A stretch of DNA of 63,732 bases, the filler included, from Collodictyon triciliatum (Eukaryota), in assembly GCA_043381765.1 (NCBI GenBank). It is 6 parts of 6 records of this genome, joined end to end, with 100 filler letters (N's around TTAATTAATTAA, not from the genome) between each part and the next. Parts side by side here need not be neighbours in the genome. Positions count along the whole stretch, not along the records: positions 38,918 to 50,971 come from JBHJMP010002631.1; positions 51,072 to 61,628 come from JBHJMP010002634.1; 4 more parts are not named here. One strand, 5' to 3'. The position numbers were made by a program, and so were the translations under genes. Under the pieces are notes generated by a model. It was given only the letters and a program-made list of their open reading frames with translations, was not told the origin of the DNA and searched no databases. Below are positions 39,121 through 51,446 of the stretch, in pieces. Every line of letters starts with the position of its first letter. The stretch's first letter is position 1.

Positions 39121-41090
39121 ATGAACGCCGTAGAGGACTTTGAAGAAGCCGACCAGGGTCAGTTGCAGCAGCACCCAAGCAATCTTCTAACAAGGACCAA
39201 AAACAAAGCAGAAACTTTAGGACTTTCCCCCTCAGCATTTAGAGACGCAAAAGCGTACATGTTGGCTTCTCTATCGGAGGCCCCCGGCTATTCAATCCGC
39301 ACAACTCACGATCCAAAAGTTGTGGCAGTTGACTTACTGGAGCAAAACGAGGAAGGACAAAGAGATTTAGAATCGCAGCAACACCGGTCAAACTTTGCAT
39401 CTCCGACAATCAAAAGCAAACCAAGCCAGCAAGAGAATGGGTGGGCGGCGGCTTCCGGTGCAGATGCTGTAGATGAGAGACTGATGTTGGTGGCCAAGGT
39501 ATTCTGGTTCATACTCTCTTTTAGCGCCTAATCATAATGTGAAATACATCCATGATGACTAGAGAGCAGTTTGGGTAAAAAAAACAAACAAACATTTACT
39601 TAATCGAAACCCATGATGTTTAAGTTTGATATGGAGAGATTGTTCAAAAGTTGGGACAACTTATGCCGCGTAATGAGCCATGTTAGGAATGTCCAGACAA
39701 TCAAATATAATAGTTCCCCTGGTAATGGTAGTCGCGATTATACTTTACATTATCATCAAATTAATCGACATTGACGTAAGACACACACAACAAAAAAACA
39801 AAAAACAAAAAACAAAACAAAACAAAACAAAAAAAAAAACAACCTATATAGAGATATCATGATTAAGTTGATAGTTTAATGGCCCCTTATGACCTTTCAG
39901 ATTTGAGGGACTTCTACCAGAAAGAAAAAGCCTTGATACTTGATTTACGAACGCATCTCTCATCGCATGCAAATCTCTGTCAGCAGATGGAATTGCGGAT
40001 GTGTGCATCGACACTGGGTGAGATGTGAGTAACAAGAGATGATATTTTAGATTTTATAAAAAGTTTATTATTTGCCGCTATATATCGTTTTTTTACGCTT
40101 TGGTGGTCAAATGCGCTGCGATCAAGACATACATCACTAGAAATTATAACCAAGAGAATTCCCATGTGGCCGCGGCTGATGGTTTGAATGAAGAGGTATA
40201 CTAAGCAATTGTACCACAATATTAGATTATTATTTTTAGCTGGATGCTCCTTGATATATTATTGCATTTAATTGGGCGATGGTACATGTTTTGGATAGGA
40301 AAGAAAGAAATGTGATAATGAGAAGGTCTCGCCTGATGCACTACATGTTTAACTTTGATATAATCGATTTAGACATCACCAAACACAGGAAGGCAATATC
40401 GAAGCCGGTCTCCAAAGAAAAGTAAGAATCGAAAACCTGGATGGAATTCGAGTGTAAAAGTCGAGGTAGAGAATCCTGAGTCCGTCTCGCCTCAAAGAAA
40501 AACAGATAAACTAGAGAGAGTAAAAGTTGAGAGAGAAGTTGTCCAAAGTGTATTAATCAAGTCAGGCTTTCCCTCTAAATTGGCGGAAACAGTCACAGAG
40601 CCGCATGGAAATAAGGTTCTGGTCATTCACCTTTTTTTCTTTTTTTGAAAAAGCCAATTTTATATGGAATGAAATATAAAATTTATTCTTTCGCAGTTTT
40701 TTTTTGTTTGCCTTTTATTTTATTTCACTTTATGCGGACCATCTCTGTTATTCTGAAATGAACCTTTTGCCACTTCCTACCAAAGGAACTGCAACCGCGA
40801 GGACCGAAGAAAGAGGTAAGCCCAAAAGATATCCCGCTTTTCATATGTACTGCAGGGCTAGAAAGCCACCCGGCCTGTTGCTCCTTCCTCAGAGTATCCA
40901 CATGCGATGTAAGCCACACATTCCATACCAGAGCCTGATGAAGCCGCGCGTCGCAACAAGAAATGCCTCTCCTGGCCGCACCCGCGTTTCCCAAACAAAT
41001 GCAAACATACAGCCCATATCTTACAAGCAGGATACAATACTTCGAGGGTTCGAATCAGATATCGATGTAAGTCTTCATGGTTATTTTTAA
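39121..41090 (+). CDS. Hypothetical multi-exon protein
   Basis: Exon-like open blocks bounded by AG/GT (about 39121-39498, 39624-39721, 39901-40017, 40374-40614, 40786 onward); no recognisable domain. Confidence 0.45.
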
Positions 41091-42295
41091 TGGTGAGAGA
41101 TGTGTCCAGGGTTGCTTCTTCTTTTTTCATTCGTGGGGGTTTGCACAAATAAAGATATAATCAAGCAAACAAGAAAAAAGAAAAAAGAAAAAAGAAAAAA
41201 GAAAAAAGAAAAAAGAAAAAAGAGAAAAGAAAAAAGAAAAAAGAAAAAAGAAAAAAGAAAAAAGAAAAAAGAAAAAAGAAAAAAGAAAAAAGAAAAAAGA
41301 AAAAAGAAAAAAGAAAAAAGAAAAAAAAGAAAAAAAGAAAAAAAAGAAAAGGCAAACTGTACACAACAAACATTTACATTTAAGAATATTTCTTCCCCCT
41401 AACATAACCGCCTTATGGTTGCAACACGCGGCAAAACCAGTCCCTAAAGGCGGAAATGAAAGGTATACGAGACAACGAAACAAGAATTCAGAAAGAAATG
41501 AAGGTCTTGGAGGAGAAGAGGGTCGCACGGATGGTAACACTTGGCTCACTCTGGCAAAACCATTTCGCTTTCCTTATCGCTTAGTGCCTTTTATGAATCC
41601 AACCGATTGTGAGCCGGATTCTAAACTTTGGAATCGACTGACAGGCAATTATAAGAACGCGGCATAGTTCTGATGTTGATTCGAAGTCCAGCTTATTTTC
41701 AACCGCATAGCCAGCATGGTCACTACTTTTACCCTCTTGCTTTCTCTCTCTTTTGTTTCTATCTGAAAAGTATACAGAGCACGCATGGATTTATTCGGCA
41801 AACGCGCTTAACAACCAACAAACCACGTAAAACCAGTTTTTTTAAAAAGAAATAATTCATGATATAATCCCTATCAATGAATGGATATATGCGGTACAAA
41901 ACGGATTCATAATGCTACCAATCTCCATCATCCCGTTTGAATAGTTCCTATTTTTCGTACATGACAAGGTGTCTTGTGTTTTCAGAGCCTGAGCTGTGAT
42001 TAATCATGAAACAGATAGATTTATGGATGGGCTACACGAAGACAAATGAGGAGAAAAACAAAAGGCGAAAACTCAACTTCATCTCTCTTCACCTGCAGAC
42101 GAGGAAGTATGAATCCCGTCAAGACGTTGCGTTAAGAGATGGAAAGTAAAATCAATGAATAAACAATAGCAATACAAATAAGTAAAATAAAAAAAGTAAA
42201 ACTTTCATGAGAAACTCAACATACCTGTACTGTATTTACTTCCATCCTGTCCGCCCATGCCACCTTACACATACAAGCAGATAAATATCCATGGC

Positions 42296-45030
42296 TCAAC
42301 TGTCTTTCTGATAGAGGAGCTCTCTCAAAGAAAGAAGACCCTGAATGTGCCTCGAAAGGCGGTTATTATGTGTGCCATATAGCAATAATGTCTCTACACT
42401 CTTGATTGCGTCTCGGAGCGATGGCTGAGGTATAGTATCCGCCTCCATCAGAACAGGGCTAACATGAACGACGTCAGACCCAGAAACTCCGTGAGGCAAG
42501 GGCGCTTGAGCTCTCTTGTCCTATGATAATTTGTAAAATGAGGGCGTGGAATCACCGCAAACTCTAACAATAGATAAACAGAAAAACGCACAAAAAAAAT
42601 AACATAAAAAATGATATATTAAAGACATTCAAAGTCCGATGGCTCTCATCCAATTGTTACATGCAAGTCATCGCAGACAAATATTAAGGAATGTAAAATA
42701 AAATCTTACCATAGCTATACTTGCCTTTTCCTTTTCTTCGATTTGGCGCTCAATCATGTCTTCTTCACCAAGGAATTCCATAACCGGAGCAAACTTGTCC
42801 AATCCCATATACTCCTCGCAGCTAAGAACTGGGGTTAGGTTGATTGCTGCATAAGTCTTAATCAAGGCTTTTAGCTCCTCCATTTCTGGGTTAAGGAAGG
42901 AGATGATGTGGTCGTTGCTAAGAGGACCAGAATGAAGGTCGAGAAGGCCACTCGCGCGCCAAGACTGACGAACAACATGTCCTGGTGTGTAATCCCACGA
43001 GCGTCGAATCAGCATCAAGATTTCCTCCATGCTATCTGGTTTCTTTGTCGATGCAAGATTGCTGAGTCTGATTTCAGGAGGCATGGACGAAGCCATGCGG
43101 CTGATGGTAGTTTGAAGGAGCTGCTTTCGGTATCCGCACTTGAAGATGTCGAATATACCTGGTTGTGATGTTTTCAAATGAGAAGATCATTCACTGAGGG
43201 GTGATAAAGATATGCAAAATATAAACCAGATGAAATATCTACCAGATACATACAAAAATAAAATGGAAATAAAAATAAGGAAATAATGAGGCGCCTAACC
43301 TGTTTCAAAGGGTGATAAAGAGGACGTTCCATGCGATGGCAGAAGCAAAACACGAAGATTACGAAGTTCAAGACCATCAACTTTGTGTATGGGGGAATCA
43401 TCGACAACCAAGAGGGTTGGGCGAGTCATGTTTTCATCCAGGTACTGAACAAAGCCTCGGAAAATGTCTCCTGTCATCCACGAATTTTCTTGGTGAAAGT
43501 ACGACACCCCAACTTTTTCCTTGAGCTCTGGCGCATGGTCGAACGGACTCGGTGCTGCACTAATGACGACAGGGGGATATTTTGAAGTACCAGTGATATT
43601 GGAGCAGAGCATAACAGTGGCCCGCTCTGTAGGAATACGCAGTCCGTGGCGGTCGTCCAAAGGCAGGGCAAAGGAAGGGTCGGCCCGGAAGAAGAAACCC
43701 ATTTCGTCGGCGCAGTAGACATCATCCTTGGGATACTTTGCGATGGTATATTTGGCAGTGGGGTCTATGTTGACGGCCTCTCTTGTTTCAATAAGGCACA
43801 TATCTTGGTTGATTTGGTGCATTCTGCAAGGCACACATGAACAAAATGCTTGTTACCACGGACAGAGACTCGAAAAGAAAAGATTTGGAGTGATTATAGA
43901 AGATACAGCCACATGCATTGATATCACACGAATAGTCATCAGTATATTCAAAAAAAATAATCCTGAAACCTACCACCAAAAGATAATAATAAATTAAATG
44001 CAACATGAAAGTATAATAGATAAAAAGAAAAAAAGGCACTTAGTAGAATAATGCATACCGCAACTGATACCGAGACAAAAATGACTCTAGCCATTGCTCA
44101 GAAGGATTAAATGCGATGCGAGCCTTAGTAGCATACTTTCTGGCATAGGACTTTATATCCTTTGTATAAACAGGGATTTTGTGCTGGGTCCAGAGCAGGA
44201 AGCGGTCATAGACAGCATCGTTTAGAAAGGAAAAGCTGCTCCCTTTGATAGACTTGCGCTTCTTCATCACCTCGGGCAGATCTGCGTATGAATGTTTTCG
44301 CTGGACAATTTTCTTCACAGCCGAGTAGCTGACATCGTGCTTATTTGCCACTTGTGAGTAAGACATTAGCTTTGAGTCTTCTATGATGGCTTTTCGCTCC
44401 TGTGGTTGATCAAAGTTGGTCAGCGAGGCATTCGGTCGGCTCGTTGGTTGCTTCAGGGAATATGGCGGTCGGTGCCGCTGCTCTCATTTCTTATTTCTTT
44501 TTTTTTTTTTTTTTATACTCTCACTCGAAAACCAAAGTGCATAGGAGTAAATGATTGACATATCCACTACAAGAAGATAATAAAAACAAAACCAAGGATG
44601 AGATAACGAAAATAGAAANNNNNNNNNNNNNNNNNNNNNNNNNNNNNNNNNNNNNNNNNNNNNNNNNNNNNNNNNNNNNNNNNNNNNNNNNNNNNNNNNN
44701 NNNNNNNNNNNNNNNNNNNNNNNNNNNNNNNNNNNNNNNNNNNNNNNNNNNNNNNNNNNNNNNNNNNNNNNNNNNNNNNNNNNNNNNNNNNNNNNAAATA
44801 GAAAATAGAAAATAGAAAATAGAAAATAGAAAATAGAAAATAGAAAATAGAAAATAGAAAATAGAAAATAGAAAATAGAAAATAGAAAGTAGAAAATAGA
44901 AAATAGAAAGTAGAAAATAAATAAAAACCTCGACGGTCGTAACGCGGCGCTTCCTCAACATCAGACTGTCCTTTTCTATGTTGTTGTGATCCTGCGCTTT
45001 GGAGCTTCCAACGTGTTCTGATTTCTTCAT
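42296..45030 (-). CDS. pogo/Tigger/CENP-B-like transposase-derived gene with 4 introns (two HTH domains + DDE_1)
   Basis: RKRRVTTVE|ERKAII, SYSQVANKHDVSYSAV, FNPSEQWLESFLSRY, VYCADEMGFFF, ERATVMLCSNITG, SWMTGDIF, LLVVDD..IH, LPSHGTSSLSPFET|GIF. All introns are GT-AG and in phase. Confidence 0.88.
44796..44915. repeat. (AAATAGA)n heptamer tandem next to a gap, in intron 1 of the transposase-derived gene
   Basis: Direct reading. Confidence 0.9.
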
Positions 45031-45792
45031 ATGAGGAATTTTTTTTTTTCCTGCTGATTATTAAATCGTGGCGCTGACAAAAGAGCGGAGAAGCACGTTG
45101 AGGCAAACAAATAACACCGATCGAGGGTTCTGAATAAGATTATCTCCACAAAAAGAAAAGGCGTTTAAATTTTCGCTCTACTATCACCTGATTTGGAAGT
45201 GCCGGAAAATTCAATCGCGTAACAAAGAACAAAGAACAAAAAAAATAAAAATAAAATAAACAACGAACAAAGAATAAAGAAAAATAAAATAAGAATAAAA
45301 TAAGGCAGGCGAAGCAGATACACGCAAAGTGGCAGGAATTGGGTTTTATATGAATCGGGCGGAAACAAGTGATTATTGGAGGAAGAGAAAAAAAAAAAGA
45401 TAATATCATAGAACAGAAAAATGACGAAAATAAAATGGAGGGATGGTTGACAAGTTCCCTGCCAGGATAAGGACTGAAGTCACGCAGCGCCGAATTCTTT
45501 TCAAAGCTCCACTCAGTTATCTTCAGAAGGAAAAAGGAAAAAGGAAAAAGGAAAAAGAAAAAATACTCCCGAGCAGTAACAAGGAAGGAGATGGCTGCAC
45601 AGAAGTGATTACTTACGCTGTGTGCACATAAAAGATTTCTCACCTGCCCCTCGCGATTCTAGTAAAAAAGAAGAATATCTTGGGTACATCAATTACGCTT
45701 CCCTTTTTTTTTTAACTATGCGAAAAGAAAACAGAGAAAATGTAGCCATTTCACTTTCTGAACAAGGTCGTTTGTAGCAAGGAATGCGGCCA

Positions 45793-45896
45793 AAGAACAA
45801 GAACAAGAACAAGAACAAGAACAAGAACAAGAACAAGAACAAGAACAAGAACAAGAACAAGAACAAGAACAAGAACAAGAACAAGAACAAGAACAA
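45793..45896. repeat. (AAGAAC)n microsatellite
   Basis: Direct reading. Confidence 0.95.
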
Positions 45897-45921
45897 AAGA
45901 AAGACTTCGCTCTCCAGTCTG

Positions 45922-48051
45922 CTATGCTTGGGCGTCTACTGTTTGGTCATTTGGCTGCTGCTGCTGCACGGCGCCGTCTTCGGGGGCTTTTCTTTTCCTG
46001 CCCTTCTTTGGGGGTTTTCCCCGAATATCGCGGGCAATCTGGTTTCTCTTGACGGGGCGAATGTGCATCTTCATACCTATGGTTTTGTGGTCCCACATAT
46101 CCAGGGTTGCCAGAAACATGATGGCGGACTGGGATAGATCAATGCGCGAGATTGCTGTCTCACCCGGCCGCCGCTTTCGGAAGGAGAGCCCAAAGAACAC
46201 CAGAGTAGTTGGGATGCCGTTTTCGTCGGTTGAGTCGAACTGCTTCGGATACGGATGGACAAGCTCCACAAGCATCTCGTCCTGGAAGGCCTTGACAAGG
46301 TCTCGAAGCCGCGAGATGCAATGCCCCGTCCTGCGGGATATGAGATATCATAACAAAGATAAAGAAGGAGGGGAAGAAGAATCGTAATTGCTATAGAAAA
46401 AAAAAAAAGAAAGAAAAGTAGAGAGTTGGTGGGTGAAGGGAAAATGCATCTAATTGTTCGCCTTTTCCCTTATGAAAAATTAGCATGTGGTATCACGCCA
46501 GGTAAGTTTCCTTAAAGGAGGAGCTTTTCAGAGTCAATTGTGTGATTGGCCTTGAATGTGATGTCATTTTGAGGTACACCGCTGATAAAATATTGGTGCA
46601 ACTCGAGTCATCGGAAGAAGATGTAGTATAGACGAAAATGTGGATATAAGCACTATGTAGAGATACAAAGAGCACACAAGACGTGCTGGACTCACCACTT
46701 CAACAAGTCCTCATTCGTAGATGCGCTCATACTGATTTCGACGAAGTGGTTGTATTGCTCGAAAAACTTCAAAGGTTCAAGGAGTTGCTCCCACTTGGCT
46801 TTTCCCTCAACAGCAGACTCGCATATCTGGTGACCTCGGGCGATCTCGTCCTTGATAACGTGAAGGGTAGACTTGGAGACTGTGTAGCAAGAGTTCATGG
46901 TTGGATAGCAAGGGGTAATGATTGGCATAAGATCGGCGCGATTTCTCTGTTTCAAGATATTAGCGGTTAAGCAATTATAAATTTGAACATGTGCATGCAA
47001 ATAAAAATCATAGATAATACAATAAAAAGATATCGATTCAGTTAGAACAATCAAACGATATTACATCACAGCAGGAAAAATCGTCCTTTTCTCGTTACTT
47101 ACCCTTTTGTCCCAGTTTCTCAGATTGAGTGGTCCTTCTGGCGGTTCCTGGATGATGATTGCTCGTGGCCACGGCCATTTATTCTGAATACGAAAGAATC
47201 TACTAATCAAGAAGCTTGGTGATGCACAAGGATACAGCTGGCACATGAATGTGGTAAGCATAGCCAGAGTCACACCACCAAAATATCCCCAGACGTTACC
47301 ATAGATTCCTCTGTTCTTTGCCCAAATCTTGAGGAAGCGAAGAGTTGTTCGAAAAGACTCCTGCTCGGGAACAAGAGTAAGGATAGTATCTGTGACGCGG
47401 CATCCGTTGAGACAGCGCACAGCTCGTTTGAATCTCTCCTCACGGTTCTGGTCTCGAGCCACGTCGCGGTCTCTTCCCAATATATGATGCAAAACACTCT
47501 CATCCACAAGGTTGAGACTGTCTGGAATAGAGTCGTAGTCAAGAGAGACAAAAATAAGTTCCACCGAGATGTTCATGAGCATAAACTTAATAACTGGGAC
47601 ATAGCTCTCAGGCACATCTTGAACATCCGAAGCATTTGACTCTGCACGCAGCAAAGACGGGACATCTGCGAAAAAAGTCATCGTGGGTCACATGGCGTGG
47701 AGCAACGCAAAGGGCGTCGATGTCTCCACCTGGCCCGTTGACTCCGAGACGATACGAGCCAAAAGTGCAGAGCTTGCCTCGCACCATCTCTGTAAACTCT
47801 TGAGAATGTCCTTGTCGAAGACACACGCTGTGGATCCAGTCGCGAAGGATCTCGTTGAGGCGTGCAAGAACAGCCCGGCGTGTGTTTGATTCTTCCTCGC
47901 TCTCGTAGGAGTTGTGTTCACGAAGGACTGTGCGCACCTGCTCCGACTGCACAAGATCCAGCTCGCTGGGCTTTTCTTCAGAGATGGGTTTCTGTGGGCC
48001 TCGGCGAACAAGCTGTGAGCCTTGGCCGGAGCCTCCAATATTTGAATCCAT
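45922..48051 (-). CDS. PAP1: Canonical nuclear poly(A) polymerase, 3 exons, with an apparent +1 frameshift at 47671-47676
   Basis: TFGSYRLGV..GGDIDALCVAPRHV, YVPVIKF, LNGCRVTD.IL.LVP, FRTTLRFLKIWAKNRGIYGN..GYFGG, WPWP, LMPIITPCYP.MNS. Confidence 0.93.
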
Positions 48052-48307
48052 GCGGCTTGAAAAGGTCTGATCTGTCTCGCTGGCGGGTTAGTTTGGGTGC
48101 TGTGGCAGGAAATATTTAGTTGAGGAAGTTTCGATCGACTGCGGGACTGGAGGGGATTAGATCAGAAACAAGAATAAAAGCAACAACGTTCTCCTTCCTT
48201 CCTTCATAGAGACAATGGCAATGAGTTAAGGATAAACAGAGGCGCTAAGTCCGCACGTGGCTTCGCAACAGGACTGTACGAGAGCGACGATTCCTTGGTA
48301 GTTCTCA

Positions 48308-49070
48308 TTATTCATCAAAGGGAGATGGCCTGGCCTTCCAGACGAGGTTTATGACCGCGCGGCTCACAGCGCAGTTGATTTGCTGATTCATCGGTCTGTC
48401 GAGTTCAAAGAACTGCAGAAGAATTCGAATGATGTTTTTCCTTCGTCTGGATTTTCCTTCAGAACGGTTAATTGGCCACTCCACAAATAACGGGGATTTC
48501 GCGGGGTAAGGAATGGCTTTCCATTCTTTGTCAATAAAAATTTCTTGATTTTTAGTACCGTACTTATATTCTGGTGCATTACTTCCCAGAAAGGAGCGCG
48601 GCAATGCAAAAGGGCGTTGCTTTACAGGGTGCTTAACGCACAGCAGGTCGGCAGATGTTGGCTGGGTGCGTTAGTCGTCCCGAAAAAGTAATCTGGGCGC
48701 ATCCTTCGAATCTTTGGGAGAGGATTGGGGTGTCGAGCAAGAATCAGATTCTTGGTTTGCATGACTCTTGGTGGGCTCGTTTTCTTCGTGCGCGTCCCCA
48801 TCTTTGTCTTCGGGCTGCGCGGCGATATCCTCTTCGGTGTCACTTTCAACGTCGTTTTCACTGGTATCGTCAGAGCTATCTTCATCGTCGCCCGCTGTAT
48901 GCGATACACTGATTTCTTCTGCTTCGGTTGAATCCTCGTATTCCTCGGCGAGATATTTGTCCAACTTGTCCTCCTCTTGTAAGTCGTTCTCGTCATCGGA
49001 TGGGATAAGGGGAAGCCCAAGTCTTTCATTTCTGGGCGACAAGTGGACATGAATATAGGAAAATTGACAA

Positions 49071-49166
<96 letters not shown>

Positions 49167-50790
49167 CAAGAGTTTAAGTGAGATTTTATTCTTTTCAAAA
49201 TTGCAAAAATGGTTGATTTAAAATTTACACATAAATATAAATAATAGACGTTTATCCACGAAAATTAAGAAAAAATACCAGACGTTTCAGCATTCAACAT
49301 GACAAAACAAATGAACATTTTAACGGCAGATGGGTGGTATACTCACTCTTTATTTATCTTTTCTCTAATCTTTCTTAATGCCAGCCTGTAGGAGTACTTC
49401 TGGGAATATTGTTGTTAGTCTAAAAGGCTTCAGCAAGAGTAGTAACGTACACCTGATCTCCTTATTACTGTATTAACACGTCACATTTACCAGAAAGGAG
49501 ATGAGAGAAACAAGCAAATGCAACCATATGAATGCATATCTTGCTTGGGGATATGAGATCGGTATAGTCTCCATATCCTACCCTTCTCGTGGAGCCCATG
49601 CGATTATGACGAGTTTGAGTCACTGTTTCCTCCGCCCCGGATAATGACTTCCCAACTGTTGTTGCTTTATACATATGACCTTTTCTTGTTGCCCTATAAC
49701 AATCACAAATATGAATATAAATGTTTTGGAGTTTCCCCAATCTTTCAAGTGTAAGGTTCAACATATAATTAACTTCTTTATTAAATGAGTTACGGACAGA
49801 GTGAGAAATGGATGGGTTGCTCTTTGCTTCTTCTTTTTTCTTTCTACGTGACAGTTTAGGTAACATAACTACCTGAACTTAACAAAGTCTCGGTATATAT
49901 TTAAGGCCTCATCTTCTAACTTAATAAAGCCCTGACTTTGTGGATCTTTTCCTGTGCCTTCTTGCATAATGGGAGAGCCATAAACCTGAGCCAAATAGGC
50001 ATGTAAATATAGGAAGAACGATCACTAATTCTTTTCTACAAAAAGAAAAGAAGCAAAATGCCCTTGGCGAGGTATATCTTTTGATTAATTATACGTTGCC
50101 CATCAGCGACGCCATTGACCCCGAACTGGACTTCATCGAATTTGCTGGTGCTGCTTTTTGAAGAGTTGAGCGCGGGTCGGTAGCGGAATTCATATCCTTG
50201 AATGTATGTGCATATATTGATACCGATTCGATTCATTTGTCCCTTTTATTCGATTCAAATTTACAAATTCGATTTATTAAATGTTAATGAGTAGTTTGGT
50301 ATTGTTGTAGATAAGACATAAATACCAGGATACGCCTCTTCACGTACTCGCTATCATTCTTAATTCTCGAATCCAACGTTTTATTCTTCGTGAAATGATA
50401 CCAAGGGGCTTTTCTTAGCCTTGATTTTAGACCATAGATTAATATGCATACAAAGTGAGAAGAAAAAAAGGGAAAAGGAAAAAAAAGTAATATTGATGTA
50501 ATGGTACTTAGCCATGGTGTTTTCGCTCCTCTCTTGACGCATGTGGTCTTCATACCAGTATTTTTCAGATGTTCTGCTTAGCTTGATAGCTAACTTGGTC
50601 AATCGTTCCTCCTCTATGAGAAATCAAATGTATTTGAGTCATTCGCGGGCTTAATCTCCAATGGAAAAGATCGTATATTTACTGTGTTTGAGAGTACATT
50701 TATCTGCTTCGTTTTAAGTAGTGCCAACCTTCATCCCACGTTTCTTCCTCTTCTTCTTCGATTGGTCTGATTAGAGCCCCTATAGCGTGG
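48308..50790 (-). CDS. Hypothetical multi-exon protein with an acidic low-complexity region
   Basis: Several exon-like blocks with AG/GT borders and an Asp/Glu-rich stretch at 48700-49040. Exon structure and family are unresolved. Confidence 0.45.
49071..49166. repeat. (AAT)n microsatellite
   Basis: Direct reading. Confidence 0.95.
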
Positions 50791-50971
50791 GACTTTGGCC
50801 CTCCAAAATGAGACCCACCCATCCGACCATGATGCCCAGGTATGCCGCTTACGTTCAGTATGTTTGGATTTCCTTTAAAATTCGGCGATGTTCCACCTGC
50901 CTGTTATGATGAGCAAACGGTCAAAACATATACTAAGAAAAAAGAAAAAAGAAAAAAGAAAAAAGAAAAAA

Positions 50972-51071
50972 NNNNNNNNNNNNNNNNNNNNNNNNNNNNN
51001 NNNNNNNNNNNNNNNTTAATTAATTAANNNNNNNNNNNNNNNNNNNNNNNNNNNNNNNNNNNNNNNNNNNN
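50972..51071. other. Artificial contig linker
   Basis: 44N-TTAATTAATTAA-44N. Confidence 0.97.
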
Positions 51072-51233
51072 GAGAAAAAAAGAGAGAAAAAAAGAGAGAA
51101 AAAAAGAGAGAAAAAAAGAGAGAAAAAAAGAGAGAAAAAAAGAGAGAAAAAAAGAGAGAAAAAAAAAAGAGAAAAAAGAGAAAAAAGAGAAAAAAGAGAA
51201 AAAAGAGAAAAAAGAGAAAAAAGAGAAAAAGAG

Positions 51234-51264
<31 letters not shown>

Positions 51265-51446
51265 GAGAAAAAAGAGAAAAAAGAGAAAAAAGAGAAAAAA
51301 GAGAAAAAAGAGAAAAAGAGAAAAAAGAGAAAAAAAGAAAAGAGAAAACCCGACCACACCATGCACCCCAACGCTCAACTCACACCCGCACAGACCTTGC
51401 CGAGAGAGAGAGAGAACAATCGAGAACAAGAGGAACACAGGGCAGG

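Noticed and set aside
39680..39862. SNARE-like tail-anchor ORF
   Set aside because: The hydrophobic stretch most likely lies in an intron starting near 39722, and there is no SNARE motif.
41047..41060. GGTTCGAATC tRNA T-loop-like motif
   Set aside because: No cloverleaf stems or A-box around it.
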